DNA from: an uncultured Alphaproteobacteria bacterium
Lineage (GTDB): Bacteria; Pseudomonadota; Alphaproteobacteria; HIMB59; GCA-002718135
Assembly: GCA_902518985.1 (NCBI GenBank)
Contig: CABYIF010000002.1
Span: forward strand, 4,660 to 68,659
Reading direction: 5' to 3'
DNA: 64,000 nt
Part shown: positions 56,336 through 64,000 of the stretch, piece after piece
Position numbering within the stretch: position 1 is the stretch's first letter
How the letters are laid out: the number at the start of each line of letters is the position of its first letter
Translations under genes and position numbers: made by a program
The notes under the pieces: generated by a model
Database searches by the model: none
Told to the model about the DNA's origin: nothing
The model's input: only the letters and a program-made list of their open reading frames with translations

Positions 56336-57628
56336 ATGGATAAGAATAGAAAAGTACATCAATTTAATAATCCAGTTCTAAATTGGATAGAATTTCGTTT
56401 ACCAATAATATCATATTTTAAAAAAGAATACGGTGATTATCCAATGCCTAAAAATTGTAACTACTTTTGGAGTTTTGGAGCACTAGCAACGATCACTCTT
56501 GTTACAATGATTGTAAGTGGAATTTTTCTTGCAATGAATTACACTCCGCACACTGACATGGCTTTTAATAGTGTTGAGAGAATAATGAGAGATGTCAATT
56601 ACGGTTGGTTAATGCGATATATTCATTCTAATGGCGCATCCTTTTTCTTCATCATCGTTTACATTCATATAGTAAGAGCAATGTATTTTGGTTCGTATAA
56701 ATATCCAAGAGAACTTAATTGGATTTTAGGTGTATTCATATTTCTATTAATGATGGCAACCTCATTTCTTGGTTACACTTTACCATGGGGACAGATGTCT
56801 TATTGGGGAGCAACAGTTATAACTAATTTATTTAGTGCTATACCCATTATTGGAGAAGGACTAAAAACATGGCTTCTAGGTGATTACAATGTTGGAAATG
56901 CAACTCTAAATCGTTTTTTTGCTCTTCATTATGTTTTGCCATTTGTAATTTTTGGTGTTGTAGGATTACACGTTGCTGCTGTTCATGTGCATGGGTCAAA
57001 CAATCCAGACGGAATTGATATTAAAAGCAAGAATGACTCAGTTAACTTTTTTCCATATATGTTAATCAAAGATACAGTAGCTATGTGTGCTTTTGGAGTT
57101 GCTATATCTGCAGTAATATTTTTTGGTCCAAACTTAATGTCAGAAGTCGATAATTATATACCTGCAGATCCACTTGTTACTCCAGCACACATCGTACCAA
57201 ATTGGTATCTAGCTCCTTTCTACGCAATCTTAAGAGCTGTCCCTGACAAACTTGGAGGAGTTCTACTGATGTTTGGTGCGATTGCAATTTTATTTGTTTT
57301 ACCTTGGCTTGATAGATCAAAAGTAAGAAGTTGTAATTATAGACCAATGTATAAATGGTTTATGATGGGCTTCTTCGTCAACTTCTTTGCATTGGGTTAT
57401 GTTGGAATGCTTCCGGCCGAAGGTTTATATCTTTTAATCGCAAGAGTAGGTTTACTTTATTATTTTGGTTTCTTTGTAATTATCACTCCATTTGTTGGAT
57501 GGATAGAAAAACCAAGCAAACTACCTCTTAGTATTAGTGATGTTTATTCTAAAAATATAGCGCCAAACATTGGAGGAGGTGAAAAAGGAGTACCTTCACC
57601 TGCAATGCAAAAAGATACTAATCTATAA
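56336..57628 (+). CDS. petB: cytochrome b
   Basis: The 430-aa protein has conserved heme-ligand His in context (RYIHSNGAS, ALHYVLPF) and the PEWY-equivalent region (VPNWYLAPFY). Confidence 0.95.
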   Translation: MDKNRKVHQFNNPVLNWIEFRLPIISYFKKEYGDYPMPKNCNYFWSFGALATITLVTMIVSGIFLAMNYTPHTDMAFNSVERIMRDVNYGWLMRYIHSNGASFFFIIVYIHIVRAMYFGSYKYPRELNWILGVFIFLLMMATSFLGYTLPWGQMSYWGATVITNLFSAIPIIGEGLKTWLLGDYNVGNATLNRFFALHYVLPFVIFGVVGLHVAAVHVHGSNNPDGIDIKSKNDSVNFFPYMLIKDTVAMCAFGVAISAVIFFGPNLMSEVDNYIPADPLVTPAHIVPNWYLAPFYAILRAVPDKLGGVLLMFGAIAILFVLPWLDRSKVRSCNYRPMYKWFMMGFFVNFFALGYVGMLPAEGLYLLIARVGLLYYFGFFVIITPFVGWIEKPSKLPLSISDVYSKNIAPNIGGGEKGVPSPAMQKDTNL

Positions 57629-58374
57629 TGCGATTATTATTCATTATTATATTCTTTTCTTCAAATATTTTTGCAGCCGAGATGAGTACTGAAAAAATGC
57701 CAAAACATGATTGGTCATTTAATGGTGTAACCGGAACTTTTGATAGAGCCGCAATACAAAGAGGTTATAAAGTATATAGAGAAGTATGCGCAGGATGCCA
57801 CTCAATGAGTCTGTTATATTACAGAGATCTTATTGATATTGGTTTTTCTGAAGCTCAAGTAAAAGTAATTGCTTCTGAATATACTGTCTTAGATGGGCCT
57901 AACGATGATGGTGAAATGTTTGAAAGACCAGCTAGACCCGCGGACAAATTTGTTAATCCATATGCCAATGATAATGAAGCTAGAGCAAATAATAATGGAG
58001 CTTATCCTCCAGATTTAAGTGTAATTACAAAAGCAAGAAAATATGGAGTTGATTATATTTATAATCTGCTTTTAGGTTATGTTGAACCACCAAAGGGCAT
58101 GGAAGTAGGTAATGGAATGTATTACAATAAATGGATGGCTGGAAATCAAATAGCTATGCCTGCACCAATTGCAGATGGTAGTGTAGATTATGATGATGGA
58201 ACAGATAATAATGCACAACAGTTATCAGCTGATGTAACACATTTTCTTCAATGGGCTGCTGAACCAGAAATGGAAGAAAGAAAAAATTTAGGAATTAAAG
58301 TAATATTATTCTTTATTATTTTAGGAATGATTGTTTACTTAGCAAAAAACAGACTTTGGCGAGATATTACTTAA
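57628..58374 (+). CDS. petC: cytochrome c1
   Basis: It has a signal peptide, the heme motif CAGCHS, and a C-terminal TM anchor. The start overlaps the petB stop (TAATG). Confidence 0.9.
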   Translation: MRLLFIIIFFSSNIFAAEMSTEKMPKHDWSFNGVTGTFDRAAIQRGYKVYREVCAGCHSMSLLYYRDLIDIGFSEAQVKVIASEYTVLDGPNDDGEMFERPARPADKFVNPYANDNEARANNNGAYPPDLSVITKARKYGVDYIYNLLLGYVEPPKGMEVGNGMYYNKWMAGNQIAMPAPIADGSVDYDDGTDNNAQQLSADVTHFLQWAAEPEMEERKNLGIKVILFFIILGMIVYLAKNRLWRDIT

Positions 58375-59471
58375 ACATTAAATAAAAAGTTCATTACATC
58401 ACCATCTTTGACGACATAATCTTTACCCTCTTGCCTTAACTTGCCTGAATCTCTGCTTCCAGCATCACCATTATTTTCTATATAGTCGTTATAAGAAATG
58501 GTTTCTGCTCTTATAAAACCTTTCTCAAAATCAGTGTGAATTTTTCCAGCTGCTTGTGGTGCAAAAGTCTCTCTTTTTATTGTCCATGATCTTGTTTCTT
58601 TTGGACCACATGTAAAATAGTTAATTAAACCCAAAAGTTCATATCCTGATTTTATTACTTTACTTAATGTTGTTTGATCTAAATTAAGCTCTTTAAGAAA
58701 TTCAATTTTTTCCTCCTCATTATCTAATTCTGCTATTTGAGCTTCAATTGATGCAGAGATTAAAACTACAGAATCATTATTTTTTTTAGCAAAATCGATG
58801 ACTTTTTTTGATAATTCATTTCCAGTATGAATAGATTTTTCATCTACATTACATATGTACATTGTGGGTTTTAGACTAATTAAGTTAAGACTATTTACAA
58901 AATCAATTTCATTACTATTAAACTCATCGATTTTTAAGGTGCTTTTAGCATCTAACATTTGTAAGATTTTATTTATTATATCGAATTGATGTTTAGTAAT
59001 TTTGTCATTTGCTTTTAATTTTTTTTCTAAACTAGATTTTTTATTGCTTAAGCTTTCAAGATCAGCTAACTGTAATTCTAAATTAATTGTTTCTATATCA
59101 TCTATTGGATCAATTTTTGATGATACATGAGTAATATTAGTATCTTCAAAACACCTAACAACATGAGCTATTGCATCAACTTCTCTTACATGTCCTAAAA
59201 ATTTGTTTCCTAAACCCTCTCCTTTTGAGGCTCCTTTTACTAATCCTGCGATATCAACGAAATCCATGAAAGAGGGAATTATTTTTTCACTTTTTCCAAT
59301 AATTGCTAGTTTATCTAATCTATCATCAGGCACTGCAACTCTTCCTATATTTGGTTCTATAGTTGCAAATGGATAATTTGCAGCCTCTGCTTTATTTGAT
59401 TGGGTTAGGGCATTAAATAAAGTAGATTTACCAACATTTGGCAATCCAACTATTCCGCACTTAAATCCCAT
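58371..59471 (-). CDS. ychF: redox-regulated ribosome-binding ATPase YchF
   Basis: GIVGLPNVGKSTLFNALT, the coiled-coil insertion and the C-terminal TGS domain are present. Confidence 0.95.
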   Translation of the reverse strand: MGFKCGIVGLPNVGKSTLFNALTQSNKAEAANYPFATIEPNIGRVAVPDDRLDKLAIIGKSEKIIPSFMDFVDIAGLVKGASKGEGLGNKFLGHVREVDAIAHVVRCFEDTNITHVSSKIDPIDDIETINLELQLADLESLSNKKSSLEKKLKANDKITKHQFDIINKILQMLDAKSTLKIDEFNSNEIDFVNSLNLISLKPTMYICNVDEKSIHTGNELSKKVIDFAKKNNDSVVLISASIEAQIAELDNEEEKIEFLKELNLDQTTLSKVIKSGYELLGLINYFTCGPKETRSWTIKRETFAPQAAGKIHTDFEKGFIRAETISYNDYIENNGDAGSRDSGKLRQEGKDYVVKDGDVMNFLFNV

Positions 59472-59473
59472 AA

Positions 59474-60034
59474 CTAATTTTGCTCACTTATTTTTGTTAA
59501 AAATAAAGGAATATCTGAAAATATTAATTCTATATTATTAACAATTTTATCAATTTTTTTATTTATTATTTCTTCTTCTGATTTTAAAAATTTATTTAAA
59601 ACATAACTTGAAACTAAATCTTTATGTCCAGGATGATCAATTCCAATACGTATTCTAAAATAATTTTCTCCTATAAATTGGTCAATACTTTCCAACCCAT
59701 TATGACCTCCATTTCCACCACCTTGCTTTATCTTTACTTTTGATAATTCTAAATCTAGATCATCATGGATAACAAAAGTATGTTCTAATTTTATTTTATA
59801 AAAATTTACAATTTCTGAAATAGCTTTTCCAGATAAATTCATGAAAGTGAGTGGTTTCAACACAAAAATTTTTTGGTTATTTATTAAACCTGAATACAAT
59901 TCTTTTATTTTATCTTCTTTAATTTTATTTAAATTTAAATGAGAAATTATATTGTCTACTAAATGGAAACCAATATTGTGTCTGGTGTTTTTGTATTTTT
60001 CACCTGGGTTCCCAAGTCCACAAATTAAAAACAT
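59474..60034 (-). CDS. pth: peptidyl-tRNA hydrolase
   Basis: GLGNPG..Y..TRHNIGF and GGHNGL motifs are present. Confidence 0.9.
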   Translation of the reverse strand: MFLICGLGNPGEKYKNTRHNIGFHLVDNIISHLNLNKIKEDKIKELYSGLINNQKIFVLKPLTFMNLSGKAISEIVNFYKIKLEHTFVIHDDLDLELSKVKIKQGGGNGGHNGLESIDQFIGENYFRIRIGIDHPGHKDLVSSYVLNKFLKSEEEIINKKIDKIVNNIELIFSDIPLFLTKISEQN

Positions 60035-60055
60035 ATGATGGAATATAAAGTAAAG

Positions 60056-60733
60056 TTACTTAGATTCTTTACTTTCTTCTTTATTGTCAGAAGATTCTTC
60101 TTTCTTCTCTTCTGATTTTTCACCAGCACCCTCTGCAGCACCTTCTTCAGTGGTTTCTTCAGTTTTTGTTTCAATTTCTACAGTCGGTGGAACTAATGTA
60201 GCTATAACAAAATCTCTATCTACTATTGTAGGGACAACACCCTCTGGAAGTTTAATATTACTAATCTTAACAGCATCACCAATTTCACTTTCAATTAAAT
60301 CAAACTCAAGTTTATTAGGAATATTATTTGCGTTACAAGTAAGTTCTACTAAACGTCTAACAGTATTTAGTACCCCTCCTTTTTTTAATCCTGGACATTT
60401 CTCTAGATTTAGAAATTCTATTGGTATTTCAACGTTGACTTTAGTATTTTCTTGAACCCTGAGAAAATCAAAATGAATTAACCTGTCACTAACAGGGTGG
60501 TATTGTAATTGTTTTGGAAGTATTTTTTCAACTTTACCATCGATGTCGATATCTAAAATAGTGGAGTAAAAAGAACCTGTGTTCATTAGTTTTTTTAAAA
60601 TCTTATCCTCTAGTGCAATTTTAGTTGGCACCGATCCTTTTCCATAGATAATTCCTGGAACCATTCCTTTTGTAAGAAGACTGTGATTTGACTCACTATC
60701 TTTGTTTCTATCTAGTGCTTTATAACTTTCCAT
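60056..60733 (-). CDS. rplY: 50S ribosomal protein L25/general stress protein Ctc, with acidic C-terminal tail
   Basis: Ctc-type two-domain L25 (VPGIIYGKG..., HPVSDRLIHFDF). ATG 60733 is preferred over GTG 60772, which would overlap prs. Confidence 0.85.
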   Translation of the reverse strand: MESYKALDRNKDSESNHSLLTKGMVPGIIYGKGSVPTKIALEDKILKKLMNTGSFYSTILDIDIDGKVEKILPKQLQYHPVSDRLIHFDFLRVQENTKVNVEIPIEFLNLEKCPGLKKGGVLNTVRRLVELTCNANNIPNKLEFDLIESEIGDAVKISNIKLPEGVVPTIVDRDFVIATLVPPTVEIETKTEETTEEGAAEGAGEKSEEKKEESSDNKEESKESK

Positions 60734-60740
60734 AAAAATA

Positions 60741-61676
60741 TTAATCAAAAAGAGCAGAGACTGACGCGTCACTGCTAATTCTTTTTATCGCCTCACCCAT
60801 TAAAGGAGCGATACTAATATGTCTAATGTTTTTTGTATTTTTTACTTCATTTGAAGGTTCAATTGTATCTGTTAATACAAGTTCTTTTATTGCAGAATTG
60901 GATATTCTTTTTAAAGCTTCACCTGATAATACGCCATGAACAATATATGAATAAATTTCTTTAGCCCCACTTTTATGAAGGGCTTCTGCAGCGTTACATA
61001 GAGTTCCCGCCGAATCAACTATATCATCAAGTAATATACAAACTTTTCCAGTAACATCACCAATTATATTCATTACTTCTGACTCTCCTGCTTTTTCTCT
61101 TCTTTTGTCAGCTATAGCTAATCCAGCATCTAATCTTTTTGCAAAAGCTCTCGCTCTAACAACGCCACCTACATCAGGTGAAGCCACAACTAAACTTGAT
61201 TTTTGATTAAATTTTTCTTTTATATCTTTTAGTATTGGTGGTGCAGAAAAAATATTATCTAGAGGAATATCAAAAAAACCTTGAATTTGTCCCGCATGTA
61301 AATCCATTGTTAAGACTCTATCAGCACCTGCAGAGGTAATTAAATTCGCTACTAGTTTTGCAGTTATTGGAGTTCTAGGTCCTGTTTTACGATCTTGTCT
61401 AGCATATCCATAATAGGGAATAACAGTAGTAATTCTTTTTGCAGAACCTCTTCTTGCAGCATCAATAGTAATTAGAAGCTCCATCAGATGATCATTTGCA
61501 GGATGTGAAGTTGATTGTATTATAAAAACATCCTCGCCACGTATATTTTCATTTATTTCTACAAAAATTTCACGATCATTAAATGTTCTAAGAGATACAT
61601 CAGCTAATGAAACTCCAATATGTTCAGAGATTTTTCCAGAAAGGGACTTACTGCTGTTACAGGCGATTATTTTCAT
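60741..61676 (-). CDS. prs: ribose-phosphate pyrophosphokinase
   Basis: [21 protein letters not shown] and the PRPP loop [11 protein letters not shown] are present. Confidence 0.95.
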   Translation of the reverse strand: MKIIACNSSKSLSGKISEHIGVSLADVSLRTFNDREIFVEINENIRGEDVFIIQSTSHPANDHLMELLITIDAARRGSAKRITTVIPYYGYARQDRKTGPRTPITAKLVANLITSAGADRVLTMDLHAGQIQGFFDIPLDNIFSAPPILKDIKEKFNQKSSLVVASPDVGGVVRARAFAKRLDAGLAIADKRREKAGESEVMNIIGDVTGKVCILLDDIVDSAGTLCNAAEALHKSGAKEIYSYIVHGVLSGEALKRISNSAIKELVLTDTIEPSNEVKNTKNIRHISIAPLMGEAIKRISSDASVSALFD

Positions 61677-61723
61677 TTAATCGTAATGATTAGTATATCA
61701 GAATAGAAATAGTTCAATAGAAA

Positions 61724-62491
61724 TTAATCTTTTAAAGAGATGATATTTATCATTCTTCCTGTATTAATCTTATTTTGATGTTTTGACCTCCTGTGACTAA
61801 AAAAAAATCCTGAATTTCTGTAAGTGTCTCTATTAATATTGTAAATATTTTTTATTCCTTCTTTTTTTAATTGATAATTAATTATGCCTCTTAGATTAAA
61901 CAAATCCTTATTTTTATTTTTTTTTTTGAAAAATTTATAGTACGATTGATTTTTTCTAATAAATTTTTGTTTAAAATCCCTATTAACTTCAAAATTTTTA
62001 AATCCTAAACAGGGTCCAATAATTGCGACAACATTATTTTTAATTACTTTTCTGTTTTCTAATTTTTTTATACAATTCTCGACTATATTGTTTAATGTTC
62101 CTTTCCAACCAGAATGGAGGCAGCAAATTATACCTTTTTTAATATCAAAAATAAAAATTGGAGCACAGTCAGCTGTTAATACACCTAAGGCTATAGTTTT
62201 ATCACTTGTAAACAAGCCATCTCCTCTGAGCTTCTTTCTATAATTATTTTTATTTATAGAATATATTTTGTTTGAATGAATTTGAGTAATTAACTTTAGT
62301 GCTTTATTTCCAATACCTAGATTATCTAAAGCCGTATTAATATTTTTTCTAACATTTTTTTTATTATCAAAATTATTATTGCTACAGTTCAATGAATCGT
62401 AATCACCTTTGGACACTCCGCCTTTTGAGGTAAAAAAACCAATGTGAATTTTTTTTTCTAATTTTTTTAAATTAATAAAATTTTTGCTCAT
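61724..62491 (-). CDS. pgeF: peptidoglycan editing factor PgeF / YfiH (DUF152) family protein
   Basis: TADCAPIF and CLHSGWKGT motifs and the C-terminal FFSHRR are present. Confidence 0.8.
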   Translation of the reverse strand: MSKNFINLKKLEKKIHIGFFTSKGGVSKGDYDSLNCSNNNFDNKKNVRKNINTALDNLGIGNKALKLITQIHSNKIYSINKNNYRKKLRGDGLFTSDKTIALGVLTADCAPIFIFDIKKGIICCLHSGWKGTLNNIVENCIKKLENRKVIKNNVVAIIGPCLGFKNFEVNRDFKQKFIRKNQSYYKFFKKKNKNKDLFNLRGIINYQLKKEGIKNIYNINRDTYRNSGFFFSHRRSKHQNKINTGRMINIISLKD

Positions 62492-63528
62492 TAAATATTA
62501 GATACAATTAAACACTTAAACAGATTGCCCATATGTTTTTTACTAATTAATTTATCAAGCTCAACATTCAATTTATTAGTATCATTTTTTTTAGATAAAT
62601 TATTTTTTCTTTCTAATATTCCATATTTAATTAAAAATTCTCTTTGTGAGCAACATTCCTCTATTTGCAATTTATTTTTTTCTGCAATATTAAGTAAATC
62701 AATAAAATTTACGTGGCTTGAAATATCTTTATTCCCAACTTGTTCTAAAACATGAGAATATTTGTGATTTTGTATTGCTTGTAATGAAAAATTTTTGATA
62801 TTTTTAAAATATCCATAATCAATTGTAAAAAAAAGACCTCCTCTGTTCTTAATAAACTTACAAATTTTTTCGTAATACCGATTTCTTTCAAATGATAATT
62901 CTAACAATTTTTCTTTTTTGTACTTATTTAATAATTTTAACAATAATTTACTTTTTACTATTCTATCTTTAAGCAAAAATTTATTTTCTTTGGTATTAAA
63001 ACTTACATATTTTTCAAGCCAATTATTTTTTAAAATAAATTGTCTTACTGGGAAGCAATCAAAAAATTCGTTAGAGTAAATAATCGAAGGTAATTTAGAA
63101 TTAAAATTTATTTTATTTGACCATTTTATATTTTTAGATTTAATAATATTGATATTTTGTTTTTGCAACTTTATTAATTTTTTATTAATTTCTACTAAAA
63201 TTATATTCGAGTCTTTTAAAAAATTTGGATACTTTGAAACTGTATTAACAATATCATTAAAAAGAGTTCCTCTTCCAGGACCTAATTCAATTAGGTTAAA
63301 TTTTCTATTTATTTTTGATTGCCAAATATAATATATATATAAGCCAATAATTTCTCCAAACATTTGAGATATCTCTGGAGAAGTTACAAAGTCGTAATTT
63401 GAGCCAATTGGTTTTTTATTAAAATAATATCCATTTGTACCAAATAAAGCATAATTTATAAATGTATCTAATCTCATATCTTTTTTGCTTGATTGGATTT
63501 GTGATTTAATTTTTTTTTCTATATCCAT
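62491..63528 (-). CDS. SAM-dependent methyltransferase of the MidA/NDUFAF7 (DUF185) family
   Basis: It has ELGPGRGTL motif I, FDCFPV, and a length near 345 aa. The lgt-midA-pgeF order is conserved in alphaproteobacteria. Confidence 0.75.
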   Translation of the reverse strand: MDIEKKIKSQIQSSKKDMRLDTFINYALFGTNGYYFNKKPIGSNYDFVTSPEISQMFGEIIGLYIYYIWQSKINRKFNLIELGPGRGTLFNDIVNTVSKYPNFLKDSNIILVEINKKLIKLQKQNINIIKSKNIKWSNKINFNSKLPSIIYSNEFFDCFPVRQFILKNNWLEKYVSFNTKENKFLLKDRIVKSKLLLKLLNKYKKEKLLELSFERNRYYEKICKFIKNRGGLFFTIDYGYFKNIKNFSLQAIQNHKYSHVLEQVGNKDISSHVNFIDLLNIAEKNKLQIEECCSQREFLIKYGILERKNNLSKKNDTNKLNVELDKLISKKHMGNLFKCLIVSNI

Positions 63529-64000
63529 TGTATCGTATAAAAATTATCCCAATAATAAATAAAGGGATTGTTAAAATCTGCCCCATGGTTATGAAGTTAT
63601 AAATGAGTCCTAAATGTGCATCAGGCTCTCTTATAAATTCAATGAAAAAACGAAATATTGAATATAAAACTAAAAAAAGACCGCTGGTAACTCCAAATTT
63701 ATCTAATTCATTTTTTCTAAAAAAATAAAATAATAAAATAACAAATAAAATAATACCTTCAAAAAAAGCTTCATATAATTGTGATGGATGCCTTGGAATA
63801 TTATCAATTTGAGGGTAAATCACTGTTATGTAAAATTCTGTCGGTCTACCAATTAGTTCAGTATTTATAAAATTTGCAATTCTTCCAAAAAATATACCAA
63901 TTGGTGAAACAACTGCTACTAAATCTGATAAATAAAAAAAATTTATTTTATGTATTTTGCAAAAAATATAAATACTTATTATTATCCCTATTAATCCTCC
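63506..64000 (-). CDS. lgt: prolipoprotein diacylglyceryl transferase, C-terminal two-thirds; 5' end outside the window
   Basis: The frame stays open to the window edge upstream of the track's GVG start. Manual translation gives GGLIGIII...FGRIANFINTELIGRP...PRHPSQLYEAFFEG, which are Lgt signature motifs. Confidence 0.85.
   Translation of the reverse strand, partial: GGLIGIIISIYIFCKIHKINFFYLSDLVAVVSPIGIFFGRIANFINTELIGRPTEFYITVIYPQIDNIPRHPSQLYEAFFEGIILFVILLFYFFRKNELDKFGVTSGLFLVLYSIFRFFIEFIREPDAHLGLIYNFITMGQILTIPLFIIGIIFIRYNGYRKKN

Noticed and set aside
60084-60455. A 123-aa Ser/Thr/Pro-rich plus-strand ORF antisense to rplY.
   Set aside because: It is the complement of the acidic and Gly/Thr-rich L25 sequence. 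L25 is unambiguous on the other strand.
60734-60772. An N-terminal extension of L25 from the GTG at 60772 ([13 protein letters not shown]...).
   Set aside because: It would overlap the 3' end of prs by 32 nt and add a non-conserved hydrophobic peptide. The ATG at 60733 begins the conserved Ctc sequence.
1-64000. A by-eye search for CRISPR-like spaced repeats, IS/transposase or integrase genes, rRNA, toxin-antitoxin pairs and known defence-system genes.
   Set aside because: None was seen. Every ORF over 100 aa that is not a shadow ORF has a plausible housekeeping, transport or envelope assignment. A computational repeat search would be needed to exclude short dispersed repeats.

Overview
The window is very AT-rich and extremely gene-dense. 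I call 68 CDS, one tRNA and one SRP RNA. Most spacers are under 100 nt, and many genes share start/stop or stop/stop overlaps. Gene order is alphaproteobacterial housekeeping synteny: gltD-gltB; infC-rpmI-rplT-pheS-pheT-lepA; yejABEF; cycM / kdsB-pheA; ffs-dnaX-ybaB-recR-def-fmt-truA; dapE-dapD-argB-engB-yidC-yidD-rnpA-rpmH; zur-znuBC / znuA; petABC; ychF-pth-rplY-prs; pgeF-midA-lgt. By inference this is a streamlined marine alphaproteobacterium of the SAR11/Pelagibacterales type, which cannot be confirmed without a database search. By eye I found no rRNA, CRISPR array, transposase, integrase, phage gene or recognisable defence system. Two parts look accessory. One is an LPS-core-type glycosyltransferase block at 5.8-8.9 kb. 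The other is an even more AT-rich envelope-modification block around tRNA-Ser at 15.5-21.5 kb, holding a sulfotransferase, a GT2, a UDP-xylose synthase, a GT-C membrane transferase and a TPR-methyltransferase. The best candidate for something undescribed is a 27-codon ORF missing from the supplied track (54284..54367, minus strand). It encodes MKNQNPNPPKCGCSCSCCCTCEGGGCC, with 9 Cys, and sits between Zur-regulated znuA and a pirin gene. Other notable points are an Arn-like UXS + GT2 + GT-C module, a 12-unit (HDD)n tandem codon repeat in znuA, a near-palindromic Zur box, an infC that must use a non-ATG/GTG start, SRP RNA ending 9 nt before the dnaX start, and seven convergent gene pairs sharing a 4-nt overlapping stop-stop motif.
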